Of a DNA stretch of 64,000 nucleotides, positions 57,934 through 64,000 are shown piece after piece. The stretch is from an uncultured Verrucomicrobiae bacterium (GTDB lineage: Bacteria > Verrucomicrobiota > Verrucomicrobiia > Chthoniobacterales > Chthoniobacteraceae), in the NCBI GenBank assembly GCA_963769025.1, contig CAVYKI010000010.1, positions 32,001 to 96,000 on the forward strand, written 5' to 3'. The notes beneath the pieces are model-generated. The model did no database searches, was not told the DNA's origin, and saw only the letters and a list, made by a program, of their open reading frames with translations. A program made the position numbers and the translations under genes. The first letter of the stretch is position 1. Each line of letters begins with the position of its first letter.

Positions 57934-60900
57934 CGGAATCGCAGGAGGTATCTCACCTTTCCTGTGAACTGTCCCTCCGTATCCAGTTCGCCGAGAAAAT
58001 ACACTTTGTCGGTGACGCGCATGCTGCCCGTCACTTCCGGGCGTCCGGTTTTCGGGTCCACGTTGGTCACGTCCAGGTCGAAACGGTCGGCGAACGATTC
58101 CTCGCCGTCGGCCACCGGTTCGTCCGCGCCTTTGCGGAAAATTTTCCGGTACCATCCCTTCACGGTCAGCAACGCCGCCTTCGTCGCGAGCACGCTGGCG
58201 TTGGAGCCGAGCTCGTCGGTCGTGGTTCCCGTCGCGAGCAGGGAAAGGATGTCCCTTTGGGGCAGCGGCGGCTCGCTCGTGAGATCGAGACGCGGCCCGC
58301 TCGCAGGGCCGGATATGTTTGCCGTCACCGTGGTTTTCCCGATGCGCGACTGCGCCTCGATGTAGAGCTGCGGCTGGAACGGATCGTCCTCGGAAAAAGT
58401 CACGAAGCCGCGCTTCACCTCCAGTTTGCTGACCGGCAGGATCGCCGTGAAATTCTCAATCGGCGCCTGCCCGGTCAGGAATGGATTCAGGCCCGTCCCG
58501 CCGAGCCGGAGATTGAGCGACACCGCGCCCTTCGCGAGATTTCCGCGCACCAAAAAGGAATCGCGCTCCCGCGTCTTGATCGCGATGTCGAATTTCCAAT
58601 CGCGCAGCGGCGGATTGGGGAACGAAATGCGCATCGGCGTGGCGACCGAACGCGCCCGCGGCAGCTCCTGGCCGGGCAACGAAAGCGGCAGGATGTCCAC
58701 GTCCTTCAGGAACCGGCTCTGCGTCACATACACCGTTCCCGCCGCCGTCGCGGCATTCAGCGGGCCGCGCAGCGTCACATCGGCATCCGTACGTATCGTG
58801 AGGAAATCATCCCGCCGAACGAGAACCTTGTCCGAGCGCAGCCGCAGGTCGAACGCGGGCTGCGCCGGCTGCGCGATGTTCACGCTGCCATCCACGCGGA
58901 AAGTGCCGCCGCCGATCTCCCCGCGCGTGTCGGAGAGCGTGACCGTGTCGTCGCGGAAAATGAGCTTCCCCTTGAAATTGGAGATCGGCGGCACATTCGC
59001 CGACGCCATGCGGATCGACTGCGTCGCGAGCGACACCTCGCCGCTCACGACCGGACTGCCGACGGTGCCGGCCACCTCGACATTCGCCGCCACGGTGCCG
59101 TCGATCCTCGCGAGCGCAGGCACGAAACGCGGGAGAATCGCGAGCGACGACGCGGGCACCTTCAGCGATCCCTGGAGCGGCAGCTCGCGCATGAGTTCCG
59201 GCTTCCTGCGCAGCTTCTCGACGACGAACGGCACCGATGCGGACAGCGTTATCGGCTGGATGTCGCGCTGCTTCAGGATGGCGTCCACCGTGAGGCGCGA
59301 GTCGGCGATGTTCAGTTTCGCGTCGAGTTCCGCCGGCGCGACCGACGCGGCCTTCGAACTGGTCAGCGAACGCCCGCTGATGCTGAGGTTCACGTCCGGC
59401 ATCGCGAGCGTTCCGCCCACCGTGAGTCCGCCGGACACCTTTCCCGAGACCGGAGCGGAAACGCCCACGCTCGCGAGAATCTGCGCGATGTCCGCATTCC
59501 TCGCGGTGAGCTTCGCGCTGATGGGTTCATCGAGAGGCAGGGCGCCCTTCGGATTCGAGGGATTCAGCGGGATGGACACATTCCCGCCCACCGCCTGCTC
59601 CCCGGCGATCGAGATGGAGAGATCGGAAAGATCGAGCCGGGCATCCTTCCACCGGATGCGCCCGCCGATCCGCGTCTTGTCGGAGACCACGAGCAGTTCG
59701 TTCGTTTCAAATTGCAGCGGCGAATATGCGGCGCCAAGCCGGACTTCGTTCAGCGTGAGCGCATCGCGACGCACGCCTTTTCCGATCACGCGCAGCTTGC
59801 CGTTGTGCGCGCTTTCGGAAAGTCGCCCGTCACCCGACCAGTCGAGCGTGAGCGCGCCGCCGAGCTTTGCCGGATGCCCCGCGGTGGCGAGCAGCGCGTC
59901 CAGCTTTCCGAGGCTGGCGAGCTTCACGTGCAGTTCGCCGGTGTAGTCCATCGGGGCTTCCAGCGATGCGCGCCCGCGCGCGGTGATCTCGCCGGCGGCG
60001 AGCGCGACCTTCAGCGAGTCGAGAATGAGCGCGCCATCGGCGAATGTCGCCAGCGCGTGAAATTCGCCGATCGGCGTCGCGCCGAGCCGCAGATCCGTGC
60101 CGTCCGCCTTCAGGTTTCCCACGAGGTGCGTGCCTTCGAGCCGGAGTTTTCCGCCGGCGGTCACCGCACCCGAAAGCGCCGCGCCATTCACGACGACGCC
60201 CAGTTGCTCCAGCCGCGGCGCGGCGATGCTCAGCTCGATCTCCGGCTTGCCCGCGAGTCCCGCGGCGTTGGGCTTCAGCATCGCAGATCCGGAACCGGTG
60301 AAGCGGTTCTGGCCGCTCGCCACGCTGAGCTGCTCGATGCCCACGGTCTGCCCGTCCATCGTTGCCGTCACCGAGATCGCGTCCACACGGGCGCCGCTGG
60401 CGACGACACCCCTCGCCTCAAGGGAAAGATTCGCCGCGAGGCCTGCGAGAACGTCGCTGAACGTCCCGATCTTTCGCCGTGCACCGAGCTGGATCGTCGC
60501 GGTGTCGATGGTCACCTTCCCCTGAGAGACCTTCATGGCCCGGAGGGTTCCGGTCGTCGTTGCCTCGCCATTTTCAAAACGCGTCGTCCCCGCGCCGGAC
60601 ATCGCTCCCTGCGCGCCGGGCAGGCCGCGCAAGTGGAACGCGGCGAGATCCGCCCCGGAGAGTTTCCACGTGATTTCACCGCCCAGCCTCGACACCGTGA
60701 AGTCATCGAGCGGCACATTCAGTTCGCCGCCAATGAGCAGCTCGGCCCCAGACGACAAAGCCGCCAGTTCTGTAATGCGAAACACGCCGCGCCCCCACTT
60801 TGCCTCGCCGCGCACGATCGCCGCCGGAAACGGCAATTCTTCCTTCGTCCGAAACACGAAGGCGACATCCGCCGTGGAGGTCGCGAGATTTTCCGGCGCG

Positions 60901-61815
60901 CCGGTGAAGGTCGCGCGAAAACTCTCGATGGCCGAAGGGGACGGCAGCTCGAAGCCGAACGGCGCGGCGACCTCGTTGAGCTGCACGGCATCGACGTTCA
61001 CCGACACATCGAGCGCGCCCGGCGTGACTGACGGCTCGACTTTCAGCCCAGCGGTGCCGCCGCCTGCCTCGAGGAGGACCTCCAACCCGCCGCGCGGCAG
61101 CGTCTCGGTGATGCGGTTCAACGACAGGCGCCGCACGATGATCTGAGGAAGCAGCGGGAGCTTGGAAATCGCGATGACGGATTGGTTCGTCACGAGTTCC
61201 GCGCGCGCGGCGCCGAAATCCGGGAAGCCGACGACATGGAGTTTTTCCCACGCAACGAAGCCGGGCATGTCGCTCACTTCTGCCTGCAGGCCGTGAATCG
61301 CGGCGATGCCCTTCACTTCAAAATCCGCGCGCCCGACCGAGAGGTACTCCACCGGCGAGAGCGAGCTGGAAAGAATCTTCGCAAATGCGTCCGCGATCGG
61401 GGTCCGCGGCTTGGACTTCACCTTGGCATGCAATCGAAGCGCCCCATCGAGCGTGCCCACTTCCACCCGGCGAAAGACGTGCCTCCAGTCGGAGTGGATG
61501 AGCTTCCACAGGTCGTAGTCCACGGCAACCCGGTCGACCTTCAGCTGCTCGATCGGCGCAGGCCCCTTGCCGTCGGCATGCAGTGTGACATTCCGCAACT
61601 CGACCTTGCTCCACATGTTCCCGCGGACGTGAAAATCCAGGATCATGTGCTCCCGGGCCGCAAACCAAATCGCCGACGCGCCTGCCGGCAAAATGCAGCA
61701 GCGGCCGGTGCAGCACGAGGAGCACGAGGAGAGTCCACAACGTCCATTTTCCGAACCTCCACAGCCTGCCACGCGCCCGCACGGAGCTTTTTGGGGGCAT
61801 CGTTTCAGCGGGCAT
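57930..61815 (-). CDS. tamB: Translocation/assembly module TamB (DUF490) protein (probable frameshift near 61672)
   Basis: N-terminal TM in ORF 61318-61815, long beta-taco repeats, C-terminal LTSEPPLPQRDILSLLATG and RYLLRFR. Confidence 0.85.
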
Positions 61816-62065
61816 GAGCGGCAGAGCTTAGCACCTGACCTCCGATCGGCAAACAGACACGTGACGGATTCCATCCCGCCCGCCTGACACTGCCCTGTGG
61901 TGCCGGTTTTGCGGGCGCTGCATGCGCCGGGATATTTTCCCGTAAAATCCCTTTGCACCCCCTGTCCGCTGTGGCATACAGCGCGCCCATTTTTTGCCCG
62001 GTAGGAATGTCCCCCGAACCGCCCCGGCACGATGATTTGAACCCTGATCCACACCACACACCTCT

Positions 62066-64000
<1,935 letters not shown>

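Noticed and set aside
57858..61031. 1057-aa plus-strand ORF and other long antisense ORFs (e.g. 48473-50527, 62390-63874, 20254-21867)
   Set aside because: Shadow frames of real genes on the opposite strand, expected in high-GC DNA, with R/A/G-rich composition and no motifs.
61972..61986. Sigma-54 promoter upstream of ppdK
   Set aside because: TGGCAT...GC spacing fits, but the conserved TT before the -12 GC is missing; too weak in GC-rich DNA.

Overview
High-GC bacterial chromosome segment. Gene content (DUF1501/DUF1549/DUF1553 planctomycete cytochrome, PEP-CTERM proteins, BatA-vWA-prenyltransferase-repeat operon, SET protein) points to a PVC-superphylum organism, most likely Verrucomicrobia (inference). 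Left to right: the 3' part of a DUF58/BatA/vWA/alpha-alpha-toroid envelope operon (1-11.6 kb); GST; tRNA-Ile2(CAU); panE plus a LolD/FtsX-type ABC pair; DUF1015; a DUF1501-PSCyt pair; an Lrp-aminotransferase-nucleotidyltransferase operon; an accessory-looking patch (about 24.7-38 kb) with gene fragments, three co-oriented copies of the promoter and first codons of an MmeI-like restriction-modification gene, PEP-CTERM proteins, a secreted 4x Tudor-like protein, an SGNH/MBOAT pair and a SET protein; DEAD-box and HrpB helicases; tRNA-Cys; a HemN-like radical SAM plus chorismate-lyase-like pair; DUF853 ATPase, RlmI-like MTase, hemL, M1 aminopeptidase; tRNA-Val; a TamB-TamA-DUF3467-GAF/MFP-M50/MFP cluster; and the 5' part of ppdK. 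About 15 single-base indels, mostly +1 insertions, break otherwise intact genes and are most likely sequencing errors. No CRISPR array, rRNA, integrase or transposase was found. All family calls come from motif recognition by eye, not database searches.
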